From a virus (Duplodnaviria > Heunggongvirae > Uroviricota > Caudoviricetes), in IMG/VR virus record IMGVR_UViG_3300028734_000016: a stretch of DNA of 64,000 bases, one strand, 5' to 3'. Below, piece by piece: positions 48,622 to 59,500 of the stretch. A program made the position numbers and the translations under genes. Each line of letters begins with the position of its first letter. Positions within the stretch are counted from its first letter, which is position 1. Below the pieces are notes generated by a model. That model was given only the letters and a program-made list of their open reading frames with translations, was not told where the DNA came from and made no database searches.

Positions 48622-49725
48622 TTAATTTTTAAGCATGTGAGCCAATTCAATAGTCATTGCTATACTCCAACTTAGAGGATTATTATCATTTGGAGTTTTT
48701 GTTCCATGATAATACAATTCGGGTATTTCATAGTCAATAGATTCATTTACAATTTTTTCATAAAAATATTTTGCTTTCTCTTTTTCCCCTAATTGACAAT
48801 ATATTAAGCCTAAATAGCTTAGTCCGAATAACCAAGTTGCTTCGCCATTTGTGTTATAATATTTATCATCTAAATATCTATATACTCCATTCTCATCTAA
48901 TAAATTATCCTCTATATTTTTTAATATAGTTTTTGACATTTCTACAGTTAATAAATTAAATGGATAGATAAGAAATAATTGAGCTAAATCATATTTTCGT
49001 GTTGGTGTTTCATTTGGTAATATACCATTCAATGTTTCAATACCATTTTCTATTAAATGTTCAGGAATATTGACGTCAATTTTATCACACATTTTAATTG
49101 ATGTTAATCCAGCAACAATCACTCCAATAGTAGATGCTCTTGGCGCCTCTTTACCTTCTTCCCATGCACCAGATTCTGGTACAGTATGATAATCAATAGC
49201 ATCTAATAATTTAATCACAGTTGATATAATATCGATGTCAGTTTTATCTCTAATTATATTTAACCCATTTTTTTCACCAATAGCTATTCCATATAGAAAA
49301 TATCCTATTTGATCAATTTGAATATGATTCCAACCAGAATGAATTTCTGTTAAATCTATATTTATTCTTGGATTTGGAAATTCCCAATCAAAATCTATTT
49401 TTTTCTTATTGATTAGAGATGAAAATTTTCCATATTGTGTTTCAATATTTTTATAATAATCTAACCAGGTTTGATATGTTTGAATATATTTTTCTGTATC
49501 ATTCCACAATTCTGGAAATGAACAAAAAAAATTATCTCTCAACCAACTATAACTATAATCGTTAGAAACTGATGCTTTATAAAAACCATTAGGTAATCTT
49601 AACTTATGTAAAACCTCAAATAAATTTTTGATATCTAAATCTAATAATGTATTGTAAAAGTCATTATATTTTTTACTGGTTTTAAATTTTCTTTGAAAAT
49701 ATATTCTATAATGTTCATCTGACAT
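48622..49725 (-). CDS. glycoside hydrolase family 15-like (glucoamylase-type) protein
   Basis: SWLRDNFF and PESGAWEEG motifs resembling GH15 W-x-RD and catalytic WEE segments. Confidence 0.5.
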   Translation of the reverse strand: MSDEHYRIYFQRKFKTSKKYNDFYNTLLDLDIKNLFEVLHKLRLPNGFYKASVSNDYSYSWLRDNFFCSFPELWNDTEKYIQTYQTWLDYYKNIETQYGKFSSLINKKKIDFDWEFPNPRINIDLTEIHSGWNHIQIDQIGYFLYGIAIGEKNGLNIIRDKTDIDIISTVIKLLDAIDYHTVPESGAWEEGKEAPRASTIGVIVAGLTSIKMCDKIDVNIPEHLIENGIETLNGILPNETPTRKYDLAQLFLIYPFNLLTVEMSKTILKNIEDNLLDENGVYRYLDDKYYNTNGEATWLFGLSYLGLIYCQLGEKEKAKYFYEKIVNESIDYEIPELYYHGTKTPNDNNPLSWSIAMTIELAHMLKN

Positions 49726-49845
49726 ATTTTTTGATATTTTTTTATGATAATTACTTAATAAATGTTAAATATTATATATAAAAAAATCATTTAATTTTTT
49801 AACAAAAAAGCCTCTGATTATCAGAGGCTTTTATCAAAATATATG

Positions 49846-50151
49846 TTATCTCAATTTTCTTAATATTTTTGTTAATTCTGTTATTATTCCAGAATGATCT
49901 GTTGATATTATAACAAGTGAGTCATCTAAATATGAAGTAATATAACTAACATAATTATATTCATTGTATGTCATTTCAACATCACCAAGTATGTCAGTAT
50001 TAAATAGAATATTTTTATTATTGTCAATAATGTTAATTATTGTCATTTCTTCTATTTTCATTTCACTATTAAGAAATATTTCTATGTTATCTTTATTTAA
50101 GATAACATAGAATATTTTATCATTAACATTTAAATTTTTCCATGTAATCAT
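49846..50151 (-). CDS. hypothetical protein downstream of the Clp ATPase
   Basis: 101-aa ORF. Confidence 0.45.
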   Translation of the reverse strand: MITWKNLNVNDKIFYVILNKDNIEIFLNSEMKIEEMTIINIIDNNKNILFNTDILGDVEMTYNEYNYVSYITSYLDDSLVIISTDHSGIITELTKILRKLR

Positions 50152-50153
50152 TA

Positions 50154-52682
50154 TTAAACTTTAGTATTTTCTGTCAATATGTTACCATTCTTAATTTCGT
50201 TATTTGAAATTTTAAAGATTTTAACTGAAGAACTTTCTTTATCATATATCAATGATAATGTATCACCAACTGATATTTCTTGATCAATAATAGCATCAGT
50301 AAGTTTATCTTCAATATTACTCTGAATGACTCTCTTTAATGGTCTTGCACCATAATTTTCATCATAACCATTTTCAAATAAATAATCTTTAAGTGATTGA
50401 GATATAATTACATCATATCCTTTTTCTTTAAGATTTGAAATTAAAGATTTACATTCAACATCAACAATGCTACAAATGTTTTCTTTACTCAAAGAATTGA
50501 AATTGATAACTTCATCTACACGATTTAAAAATTCAGGACTAAAAACTTTTTCTAATTCTTTTTTAAGAACTGAATTTTTAGAGTCTTGATTATTTTTATT
50601 AAGTCCAAATCCAATACCAGTACCAAAATCTTTCAATTTTCGTGAACCAGCATTTGTTGTCATAACAATAATAGTATTTTTAAAATCGACTTTACGTCCA
50701 TTACTATCTGTCAATACACCATCATCCAACACTTGAAGAAGGATATTTTGAACATCAGGGTGAGCTTTTTCAATTTCATCAAGAAGAATAATAGAATAAG
50801 GCTTACGTCTAACTGCTTCAGTTAATTTACCACCATCTTCATATCCAACATATCCAGGAGGTGCTCCTACTAATCTAGATACTGAGAATTTTTCCATAAA
50901 TTCACTCATATCAATTCTAATCATAGCATCTTCAGAACCAAATAACTCCTTTGCCATAATTTTAGCAAGATATGTTTTACCTACTCCAGTAGGTCCTGAG
51001 AAAATAAATGTGCCAACTGGTTTATCATGACTATTTATACCAACTCTTGATCTCTTAACTGATTGAACTATTTTGTCAACTGCTTCATCTTGTCCAATAA
51101 CAATAGTTTTAACTTTATTAGCCATATATTTAAGCTTATTGTTTTCATCAACAGAAACATTATCTACAGGTATTTTTGTTATAAGAGCAACAACTTCAGC
51201 TATATCCTGTTGTGTTACCAAAGGACGATTATCAGAATGTGATTGACTCCATGTTTCTTTTTCAGTTTCAAGTTCAGATTTCCATTGTTTTTCATTATCT
51301 CTATGTTCAGCAGCAATTTCATATTTCTGATTTGAAATACAATCAAGTTTTTCCACAATAGATATTTTTATTTTTTTGCTGAGTTCAACAATTTTTACAG
51401 GAATAGCACTTGTACCATTAACGTGAACCATAGCGCCAGCCTCATCAAGAACATCAATTGCCTTATCTGGAAAGAATTTTTCTGATATATATTTACCAGA
51501 CAAATTAACACAAGCTTCTAATGCATCATCAGTATATGTAACTTTGTGATGATCTTCATATTGTTTTTTTATATTTTTCAGAATTTCTAAAGTTTCTGAC
51601 TTACTGGTTGCCTCAACAACAACTTTCTGAAATCTACGTTCTAATGCAGCATCTTTTTCTACATACTTACGATATTCTTCAAGTGTAGTAGCACCAATAC
51701 ATCTAAATGTACCTCTTGCTAATCCTGGTTTCAACATATTGGAAGCATCGAGTGAACCTTGGGCTGAGCCAGCACCTATAATAGTATGAATTTCATCAAT
51801 AAAAAGAATAATGTCAGGATTTTCTTCCATTTCTTTGACAATACCTCTTAATCTTTGTTCAAATTCACCACGATATTTAGTTCCTGCTACTAAAGAACCC
51901 ATATCAAGAGTAATAATTTTCTTATCCTGTAAATTTTCAGGAACAAGTCCATCTACGATTAACTGAGCCAATCCTTCTACAATAGCAGATTTTCCTACTC
52001 CAGGTTCTCCTACCAAAACAGGATTGTTTTTCTTACGTCTTGATAAAATCTGTGAGATTCTTTTAATTTCATCTGCACGTCCTACTACTGGATCAAGTTT
52101 ACCTTCTTTTGCAAGATTGGTCAGATTTGTACCAAATTGATCAATCAATTTAGTTTTTGATTTGCTCTTTCCTTTTACTTCTTGTTCTTGTTCTTCGTCC
52201 ATGTTACTATTTTCTAATTCATCATTAATATTAAGTTCATCTTCTTCATTTTTTAATTTGTTTTTTAAACTTCTTAAAATTTCAGGTGATTTATTAAATA
52301 AATCTGAAACAAGGTTATTATTATTATCCAATATTGCATAAAAAACATGCTCAATACAAACTTCATCTGAGTCCATTGATTTGGCAAAAACCACAGATTC
52401 TTTTAGAATTTTTTCAGTTTCTAATTCTAATGGAATAGAAGCATTCTTTCTAAGAGAATTCAAACCATTCTGTTTTTGTAAATCTTTAGACCAATCACGA
52501 ATTGTTGATTTGATAGCATTAATATTGAGATTTAAATCTCTCATTATATTAGATGCTTCAGAATATTCCTCATCTATCATTGCTAAGAATAAATGCTCAG
52601 GCCTGATTGTGTTAGATTGAATAATAATTGCAATTCCCTTACTTAGTTTAATAACTTCTTCTACTTCTTTCGAGTAATTCAT
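50154..52682 (-). CDS. clpC: ClpA/ClpC-type AAA+ unfoldase (two Clp_N repeats, D1 and D2 ATPase modules, short middle region, IGF-type ClpP-docking loop)
   Basis: [15 protein letters not shown] + ILFIDEIH (D1); [15 protein letters not shown] + [14 protein letters not shown] (D2); GTGIGFGL loop. Confidence 0.9.
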   Translation of the reverse strand: MNYSKEVEEVIKLSKGIAIIIQSNTIRPEHLFLAMIDEEYSEASNIMRDLNLNINAIKSTIRDWSKDLQKQNGLNSLRKNASIPLELETEKILKESVVFAKSMDSDEVCIEHVFYAILDNNNNLVSDLFNKSPEILRSLKNKLKNEEDELNINDELENSNMDEEQEQEVKGKSKSKTKLIDQFGTNLTNLAKEGKLDPVVGRADEIKRISQILSRRKKNNPVLVGEPGVGKSAIVEGLAQLIVDGLVPENLQDKKIITLDMGSLVAGTKYRGEFEQRLRGIVKEMEENPDIILFIDEIHTIIGAGSAQGSLDASNMLKPGLARGTFRCIGATTLEEYRKYVEKDAALERRFQKVVVEATSKSETLEILKNIKKQYEDHHKVTYTDDALEACVNLSGKYISEKFFPDKAIDVLDEAGAMVHVNGTSAIPVKIVELSKKIKISIVEKLDCISNQKYEIAAEHRDNEKQWKSELETEKETWSQSHSDNRPLVTQQDIAEVVALITKIPVDNVSVDENNKLKYMANKVKTIVIGQDEAVDKIVQSVKRSRVGINSHDKPVGTFIFSGPTGVGKTYLAKIMAKELFGSEDAMIRIDMSEFMEKFSVSRLVGAPPGYVGYEDGGKLTEAVRRKPYSIILLDEIEKAHPDVQNILLQVLDDGVLTDSNGRKVDFKNTIIVMTTNAGSRKLKDFGTGIGFGLNKNNQDSKNSVLKKELEKVFSPEFLNRVDEVINFNSLSKENICSIVDVECKSLISNLKEKGYDVIISQSLKDYLFENGYDENYGARPLKRVIQSNIEDKLTDAIIDQEISVGDTLSLIYDKESSSVKIFKISNNEIKNGNILTENTKV

Positions 52683-52686
52683 AGGC

Positions 52687-52965
52687 TTAATTAATTTTAT
52701 TATTGTTATTTGTTATGTTATTATATTTGACAATTTCTCTCATTAATTGAAATTTCTTAATTTTCAATTTTTCGCCAATAGTCATTGAAATCAATAAAAA
52801 TGGTAAGTATAATATTAAAGCGAAAATAAAAATGTACAAATTATATGTCCATTCTAATAATGTCATAAATGGAATTGCCCATTTTTTATAAATATCACCA
52901 CTTTTATTTTTTAATATAAAAGTAGTATAAATATACAAAATATAATCTATTGTATTTTTTTTCAT
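52687..52965 (-). CDS. small two-TM membrane protein between clpS and the Clp ATPase
   Basis: 92-aa ORF with hydrophobic segments. Confidence 0.45.
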   Translation of the reverse strand: MKKNTIDYILYIYTTFILKNKSGDIYKKWAIPFMTLLEWTYNLYIFIFALILYLPFLLISMTIGEKLKIKKFQLMREIVKYNNITNNNNKIN

Positions 52966-52966
52966 T

Positions 52967-53260
52967 TTATTGTTCTATTGTGAGAGATAATCCTTTCTCT
53001 TCTAATAATTTTTTGTAAGGCTCCAATGATTCTTTTGAGCCAGTTTTAATAATATCTTTACCTATAAGATGAACATTATAAGCTGATGCTTGACCTCTTT
53101 CAAATGAAAATTTTAAATATGCCATTAGACAAGTTATTACCCATTCGAATGAATTCACATCATCATTCCACAATATTAATTTATACTCTTCTTCAGTATT
53201 ACTAGAAATACCATTTTCTGATAAAATGTCTTCCAATGATTTTGTTTTTATTTTCTCCAT
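52967..53260 (-). CDS. clpS: ClpS-like N-degron adaptor
   Basis: YKLILWNDDVNSFEWVITCLMAYLKFSFERGQASAYNVHLIGKDII matches the ClpS core. Confidence 0.75.
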   Translation of the reverse strand: MEKIKTKSLEDILSENGISSNTEEEYKLILWNDDVNSFEWVITCLMAYLKFSFERGQASAYNVHLIGKDIIKTGSKESLEPYKKLLEEKGLSLTIEQ

Positions 53261-53468
53261 AACTTATTATATATGTATATACTTTACTATATAGTTTATT
53301 TAATTATCTATTGTAATTGATAGTGCAAATTTACAACATTTTTTCCTAATAACAAAACATTTTATGATATTATTTCAATAATATATTCAATTGTCTGATT
53401 ATAAGTAAAATTTATACTAAATATATCACAATATGAATCACTCATAGTTATATTTACTGCTTGTCCTG

Positions 53469-53690
53469 TCATAATTTATCATCATTTCTTCTAAATAAAC
53501 ATTTTTCGTAATATTCCTTTTCCATGTTATGTAAAGTGGATAATATAATTTCAACGAAATCTATTTTTTTCTTACCCTCATTCTTGTATTCAATACTAAA
53601 ATTACTAGCCTCTTCAACTTCTCCAATTAAATCTTCTAATGAAATATATGGTTTACCATCATCTCCTTTAATAGTTCTTATAAAACCCAT
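53469..53690 (-). CDS. hypothetical small protein
   Basis: 73-aa ORF in an otherwise ORF-poor AT-rich spacer. Confidence 0.35.
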   Translation of the reverse strand: MGFIRTIKGDDGKPYISLEDLIGEVEEASNFSIEYKNEGKKKIDFVEIILSTLHNMEKEYYEKCLFRRNDDKL

Positions 53691-54010
53691 TCAATCGTAT
53701 TATTTTTATTTAATCATAACTAATTATACTATTTATTTTTTAAAAAGTTTATTGCTATTACTGATTCAAATATATTTATGAAAAATTATATATATTATGT
53801 GGAAAACGTTTTTTATCTATAATAGAATAAAAACTCATTTAAATCAGTGTAATTTGTCATTAAATGAAAAATCAACAAATTATATATCATAAAAACACCA
53901 CAATCAAAAAAAATATTATATTTTAGTGATTGTTTCTATTATATTTTTAATTTAAAAATAAAATAACATTAATAAAAAAGTTAAAAAACATTAAAAAACA
54001 TTAAAAAAAT

Positions 54011-55651
54011 ATGAGTTTAATTTTAAGACAACAAAAAGGAGAAAGATTAACTATAACCGAAATGGACGGTAATTTTTCATATTTAGAATCTCTATCTGGC
54101 ATTTCTCACACATCAGGAACAAATGGAAGTTCAGGAACAAATGGAAGTTCAGGAACAGATGGAACATCAGGAACAGATGGAACATCAGGTACAAATGGAA
54201 GTTCAGGAACAAATGGAAGTTCAGGAACAAATGGATTAAGTGGAGATAAATATACTACATTTTCGAATAATACATTAGAAATATCAACAGGAGGTACAAT
54301 ATCATTTTTTGTTGAGCCTAATTTATCATTATCTACAGGACAAGATATTATAATAACACATGACTCATCAAATTTAATGATAAATTATATATTATCATAT
54401 AATAAAATAACAGGTGAAATATTTTCAAATATTACTTCATCTATTGGTAGCGGAACATATAATTTTTGGAATGTATCATTAAATGGTGCTCCTGGTCCTT
54501 CAGGAATAGATGGAACATCAGGAATAGATGGAACATCAGGAATTTCAGGAACAGATGGAACATCGGGAAGTTCAGGAACAGATGGAACATCAGGAATAGA
54601 TGGAACATCAGGAATAGATGGAACATCAGGAATAGATGGAACATCAGGAATAGATGGAACATCAGGAACGAATGGAACATCAGGAAGTTCAGGAACAGAT
54701 GGAACATCAGGAACGAATGGAACGTCAGGAACAAATGGAACGTCAGGAACAAATGGAACATCAGGAACAAATGGAACATCAGGAAGTTCAGGCACAAATG
54801 GAACATCAGGAACGAATGGAACGTCAGGAACAAATGGAACGTCAGGAACAAATGGAACATCAGGAAGTTCAGGCACAAATGGAACATCAGGAACGAATGG
54901 AACGTCAGGAAGTTCAGGAACCAATGGAACATCAGGAAGTTCAGGAACCAATGGAACATCAGGAAGTTCAGGAACAGTATCATTAAATGGTACAACGAAT
55001 TATGGACTACTTACATTAAATGTATCATCTCCAAATGTAAATGTTGAAAGTGGATTAACATATCATAATTCATTATTAAATTTAAATGGTAATTTAATAT
55101 TACCAAAGTTGTCAGGAACAGGTATAATGATAGACAATACAACACCGACATTTGGATATAAAGATTTAATCGGTCAGATAATACCAAGGGTTGGTGGATC
55201 TACTGCTCCTTCATTATCACCGTTAAGAGGAACTAATATACTTAATTATACATTTCAAGTTAATGATAAGATAGATAATATTACATATCATATGCCACAT
55301 GATTATTTACCAAACTCTGATATATATTTACACACACATTGGAGTCATAATGGTACAGCAATTTCAGGAACATTTGCATTAAACTATTATGTAAATTACA
55401 GTAAAGGTTATAACCAATCAGGACAAACATTCAATTCTGAATTGACTATACCACAAACAATTTCTGTAACAGGAACAACAGATCGTCCAAGATGGGGACA
55501 TTTTATAGATGAAATCAAATTAAGTAATATAGGTGGAGATTCAACTCATTTAAATACATCATTATTAGAAATTGATGGAATTATTGAAATTGCATTAAAT
55601 GTAAATAGTATACCTACTATAACAGGGGTACAACAACTAATCCATTTATAA
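54011..55651 (+). CDS. collagen-like repeat protein (two G-T-S-G-x-x-G blocks) with a non-repetitive C-terminal domain; fibre/fibril candidate
   Basis: 546-aa ORF; preceded by (AAAAAACATT)x3. Confidence 0.8.
   Translation: MSLILRQQKGERLTITEMDGNFSYLESLSGISHTSGTNGSSGTNGSSGTDGTSGTDGTSGTNGSSGTNGSSGTNGLSGDKYTTFSNNTLEISTGGTISFFVEPNLSLSTGQDIIITHDSSNLMINYILSYNKITGEIFSNITSSIGSGTYNFWNVSLNGAPGPSGIDGTSGIDGTSGISGTDGTSGSSGTDGTSGIDGTSGIDGTSGIDGTSGIDGTSGTNGTSGSSGTDGTSGTNGTSGTNGTSGTNGTSGTNGTSGSSGTNGTSGTNGTSGTNGTSGTNGTSGSSGTNGTSGTNGTSGSSGTNGTSGSSGTNGTSGSSGTVSLNGTTNYGLLTLNVSSPNVNVESGLTYHNSLLNLNGNLILPKLSGTGIMIDNTTPTFGYKDLIGQIIPRVGGSTAPSLSPLRGTNILNYTFQVNDKIDNITYHMPHDYLPNSDIYLHTHWSHNGTAISGTFALNYYVNYSKGYNQSGQTFNSELTIPQTISVTGTTDRPRWGHFIDEIKLSNIGGDSTHLNTSLLEIDGIIEIALNVNSIPTITGVQQLIHL
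54470..54970 (+). repeat. coding 9-nt G-x-x collagen-like repeat block (second block; first at ~54100-54240)
   Basis: antisense ORFs 54385-55047 are repeat artefacts. Confidence 0.8.
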
Positions 55652-55734
55652 TAATGATTGATATACATTATCAAAGTAATGGTATATTAGGAACAAAAAA
55701 TAAAAACTATCCATTTTATATATAATTTTTAAAA

Positions 55735-56061
55735 ATGTTATTAAATGTTAATATTATAATATATTCAATAAAAATAAAAAAATATTTATATATAAACAAA
55801 AGAAAAATAAAAAATATTATTATGATGAATCTTGATGATATGTATAAGGAAATTGAGAACGAAAAATATCATAAACTTGAAAAGCAAAGAATTCAAGAAC
55901 AAAAAATATGGGAATTAAATGAAAAATTTAGACTATATTATATGACTGAAAATAACATGAATAATCATTTTAGAAGTAGCTATAATAGTGGAGGGTATAC
56001 CAAAAAAAATAATAGTACTACTTATGTTGATGAGGATTATGTTTTTGATTACGTTGACTAA
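55735..56061 (+). CDS. hypothetical protein
   Basis: 108-aa ORF. Confidence 0.4.
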   Translation: MLLNVNIIIYSIKIKKYLYINKRKIKNIIMMNLDDMYKEIENEKYHKLEKQRIQEQKIWELNEKFRLYYMTENNMNNHFRSSYNSGGYTKKNNSTTYVDEDYVFDYVD

Positions 56062-56076
56062 AAAAAATAAGTAAAT

Positions 56077-56478
56077 ATGAATTTAGAATATAAATTATGT
56101 AGAATATTTCACAATGATAAATATACAATAGGTAAACTATATGAAAACGGTATATATATTTGTGACACTATTGAAGATGTTGTTAGAAATATTAAAATAA
56201 AAGACAAAACTGCAATTCCAATTGGAAAATATAAAGTAATTGTAAACATGTCAAATAGATTCAAAAGATTACTACCTTTATTAATAGATGTACCAGGATT
56301 TGATGGTATTCGTATTCATAATGGAATAAATGAAACATCTACATCAGGTTGTGTAATTGTAGGAGAAAATAAAGTTAAAGGAGAAGTTACAAATTCTAGA
56401 TTTTGGATGAATAAAGTATGTGACAATATGATAGCAGCACAAAAAAAAGGAATCAAAATCACAATTGAAATAGTTTAA
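56077..56478 (+). CDS. hypothetical protein with an H...S-x-G-C-V motif (IRIHNGINETSTSGCVIV) reminiscent of L,D-transpeptidase catalytic sites
   Basis: motif only; weak. Confidence 0.45.
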   Translation: MNLEYKLCRIFHNDKYTIGKLYENGIYICDTIEDVVRNIKIKDKTAIPIGKYKVIVNMSNRFKRLLPLLIDVPGFDGIRIHNGINETSTSGCVIVGENKVKGEVTNSRFWMNKVCDNMIAAQKKGIKITIEIV

Positions 56479-56480
56479 TA

Positions 56481-56514
56481 AAAAAAGAGCAGATAAAAAT
56501 CTACTCTTTTTTTG
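56481..56514. terminator. hairpin AAAAGAGCAGAT...ATCTACTCTTTT + T-run (paralog of 36061-36095)
   Basis: read directly. Confidence 0.6.
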
Positions 56515-56517
56515 TTT

Positions 56518-59500
56518 TTAATAAACTAATTCTAAGTGAGAAACTAATTCTTCGTCTTTATCAACTTCAATTGATGCATCAAAATTTATACTATGCACCT
56601 GTTCAATAATTACAATTTTATTTACTTTATTTTTCAACTCATCAATAAATTCTAAAAATTGCTGAACAGATTTTGTTTTTTTACCATCAATTAATTTACC
56701 CATAATTTCATCCAATACAATAAACGTAGATTTTGATTTGACATTTATTTGTCGTAATGCTATCTTCAATGCAAGAGCACAAAATGTTCTTTCTTTTCCA
56801 GAACTTTCAATTGCATTTTGACTGGAATCTAGCCTATCATCTGCACTAAGCCTTAAATTTAAATTATCATCAAAAAATAATGTAAAATTAACATTTATTA
56901 ATAATTCATTCAATTCTTTATTAATTAAATGAATAGACTTTTTCAATAAAAAAGTAGGTAATCCATCACGACTAATACATTTTTGATACTCCTTTAATAA
57001 CTCATCTTTTTTCTTTTGTTTTAAATATTTTTTTATCTTAGTTGAAATTATAAAAATATCATTTTCTTTGAGTATAATATTTTTTTCCATTTCTATATTT
57101 ATTTGTGATAAATTTTTTATTTGTTCTTTAACGACTTTAATATTATTATCCACATCATCTATTGATAATTGAATAATTTTATTTTCATCTATTTTAACTT
57201 TATATTCTTGATATTTTTCTATTTCTAATTTTAGTTCTTTTATTTTAAAATTAAAATTTTCGATTGATAAAATAATATTATCTCTATTTGACATTTTTCT
57301 GTTTCTTAACTCAAAATTATCTTTCTTAGTTTCCTCAATTGAAATATCATCATCTATACCTTCAACATTAAAATTTTTCAATTCAGACTCAATATTTTTT
57401 ATTACAATTGATGTATCTAATTTGCCTTTTTCTATGTTTTTTATTAGTTCTTTCCCTTTCTCAATATTTTCATTTAATGTTTCAGATTCATCAAATATGT
57501 TATTCTCAATTTTTTCTATTAATTTATTTAAATCTAAATTGTCTTGAGTCAACTTCTTACTGCTACCAATTTCTTTCAATTTAGATAATATATCATCAGG
57601 GTATTCTCCTTGAATTAACCTTTTTTTCATGTCTTCCAAATTAAGAATATTTGTATTACATTCAATAGATTCATTTTTTAAATCTTTATACTTTAATATA
57701 CAATCTTTAATTATCAAAGAATTTGGTTCTTTTTTAATTTCAAGACTTTTAATTTTATCTTCTAAATGAGCTAAGTGTTCTGAATATTTTGGATCATTTT
57801 TATCATAATCTCTACCACAGCTAGGACAAGATTTTGAATTTTTGAATGTTTCTATTTCTTTATCTAATTCCTCATTTGAATTTTTAGCGTTAACTCCATC
57901 TTTTTGTAATAATTTTATATTAGATGATAATTCTTTTAAATTTAATTCTAATTCTTGAATTTCTGATGTTATTTTTTTTATTTCATCCTTTATGATATTA
58001 GATTTATTATTTTTAATAACTTCAATTTGTAAATCATTTGCATTTATTTTTGATGATATTTTTCTAATTTCAGATTGTTTTAATTCATCAATTTTAATAT
58101 TAACTTTATCTATTTTATTATCAGATTCTAATAATGAAGTTTTCAAATTTGAAATTTCATCTTTTCGTTCAGAAATTTTCAAGTTCGTTTGCTTCAATTT
58201 AATTTTATATTCATCAAGTTTAGATGAATCGAATTCAGTAGGTAATTTATCAATGTCTCTATCTAAAATTGTGCTTTGAATTTTAGATTCTTCAATTTTA
58301 GATTCATAATTGTTGATGGTATTCAAATTTAAATCTTCATTAAAAGTTAACATTGATAAATCAATATTATTTAATTTTTTATTTAAATTATCTCTATCTG
58401 TATTATAATCAGATAATTCTTTTTCATGCTTCTCAATATCAGAATTATTAGTATCAATAATATCTTTAATATCAATAATTTCAGTATTCAATTCTTTCAC
58501 ACGAGATTCAGAATCTTGAATATTTACTATTAATTTTTCTTCTACTAATTCTTTTTTATATTCTTTAAATTCATTCAATTTAATTTCAAAAATATCATAA
58601 CCAGCATCTCTGATGATGTTATCCATAAATACACTTCTATTTTCTGATAATAAATCATTTAAATTATCAGCATTAGTGAATGACAATCTAATAAAATCTT
58701 TCAAATCTCCTAAAATAGAGTCCAATTCTTTTTGAGTCTTAGCTTTAATTTCATCTGTTAATTTATTTTCTTCACAAATATTCTCGCTTTTATAAAAATC
58801 CAATGATGTAGGACAGCTTGTTAATGCCGTGTGATTCTTATTCCAAACTCTTTCTGTCTTTCTCTGAATAACGAATTTATTACCATTTGAATTAATAATT
58901 GCACCACCATTAACATAATCTAAATCTCTTTTGTTATTTATATATCTTGAATCTCCAAATTTTTCAGGACTTAATGTTGTCGTAGTCTTACCATAAAGAA
59001 TATAAGTAAGTGCATCTAAAATAGTTGTTTTACCTTCCTGATTTTCTCCATGAATTTGTACAATTCCATTAATATCAGCCCAATCTATAACATTATCATC
59101 TCCATAAGATTTAAAATTACTAAACCAGAATTTATCAATACTCCATTCAGTATTTTTTAAGCATTCTACCAATTGAACTCTACTATTTATTATATCATCA
59201 ATTTTAAGAATAGATTCAATATCATCTTTTTTGTATTTTTGCTCTTCTAAATATTCATTAAATATTTCTTTCTGTGTTTCAGTATCAGTCAAATCAATTG
59301 ATTCTGATAGCATTTTTGATGATAATATATCTGTGTATAAATAAACTTTTTCAAAAATAACTTTAGTTGTGCTAAATTTATTTTTAATATAATCTCTTAT
59401 TTTCTTTTCATTAACAGTATTTATAATTGATGAATATTCTTTCCAATGAACTTTAATTTCAGTATCTGTTCCAATTTTATCAGCAGACAAATTTAAATTG

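Noticed and set aside
54100-54990. Regular short repeats, checked as a possible CRISPR array
   Set aside because: The period is 9 nt with no unique spacers and it is coding (collagen-like). No CRISPR array is present anywhere in the window.
54385-55047. Four long ORFs (two per strand) overlapping the collagen-like gene, with striking repeats (VPELPDVP..., FLMFHLF..., RNRWNI..., MEHQE...)
   Set aside because: They are alternative-frame readings of the same 9-nt G-x-x repeat. Only the GTSG-x-x-G frame continues into a non-repetitive domain with a sensible start.
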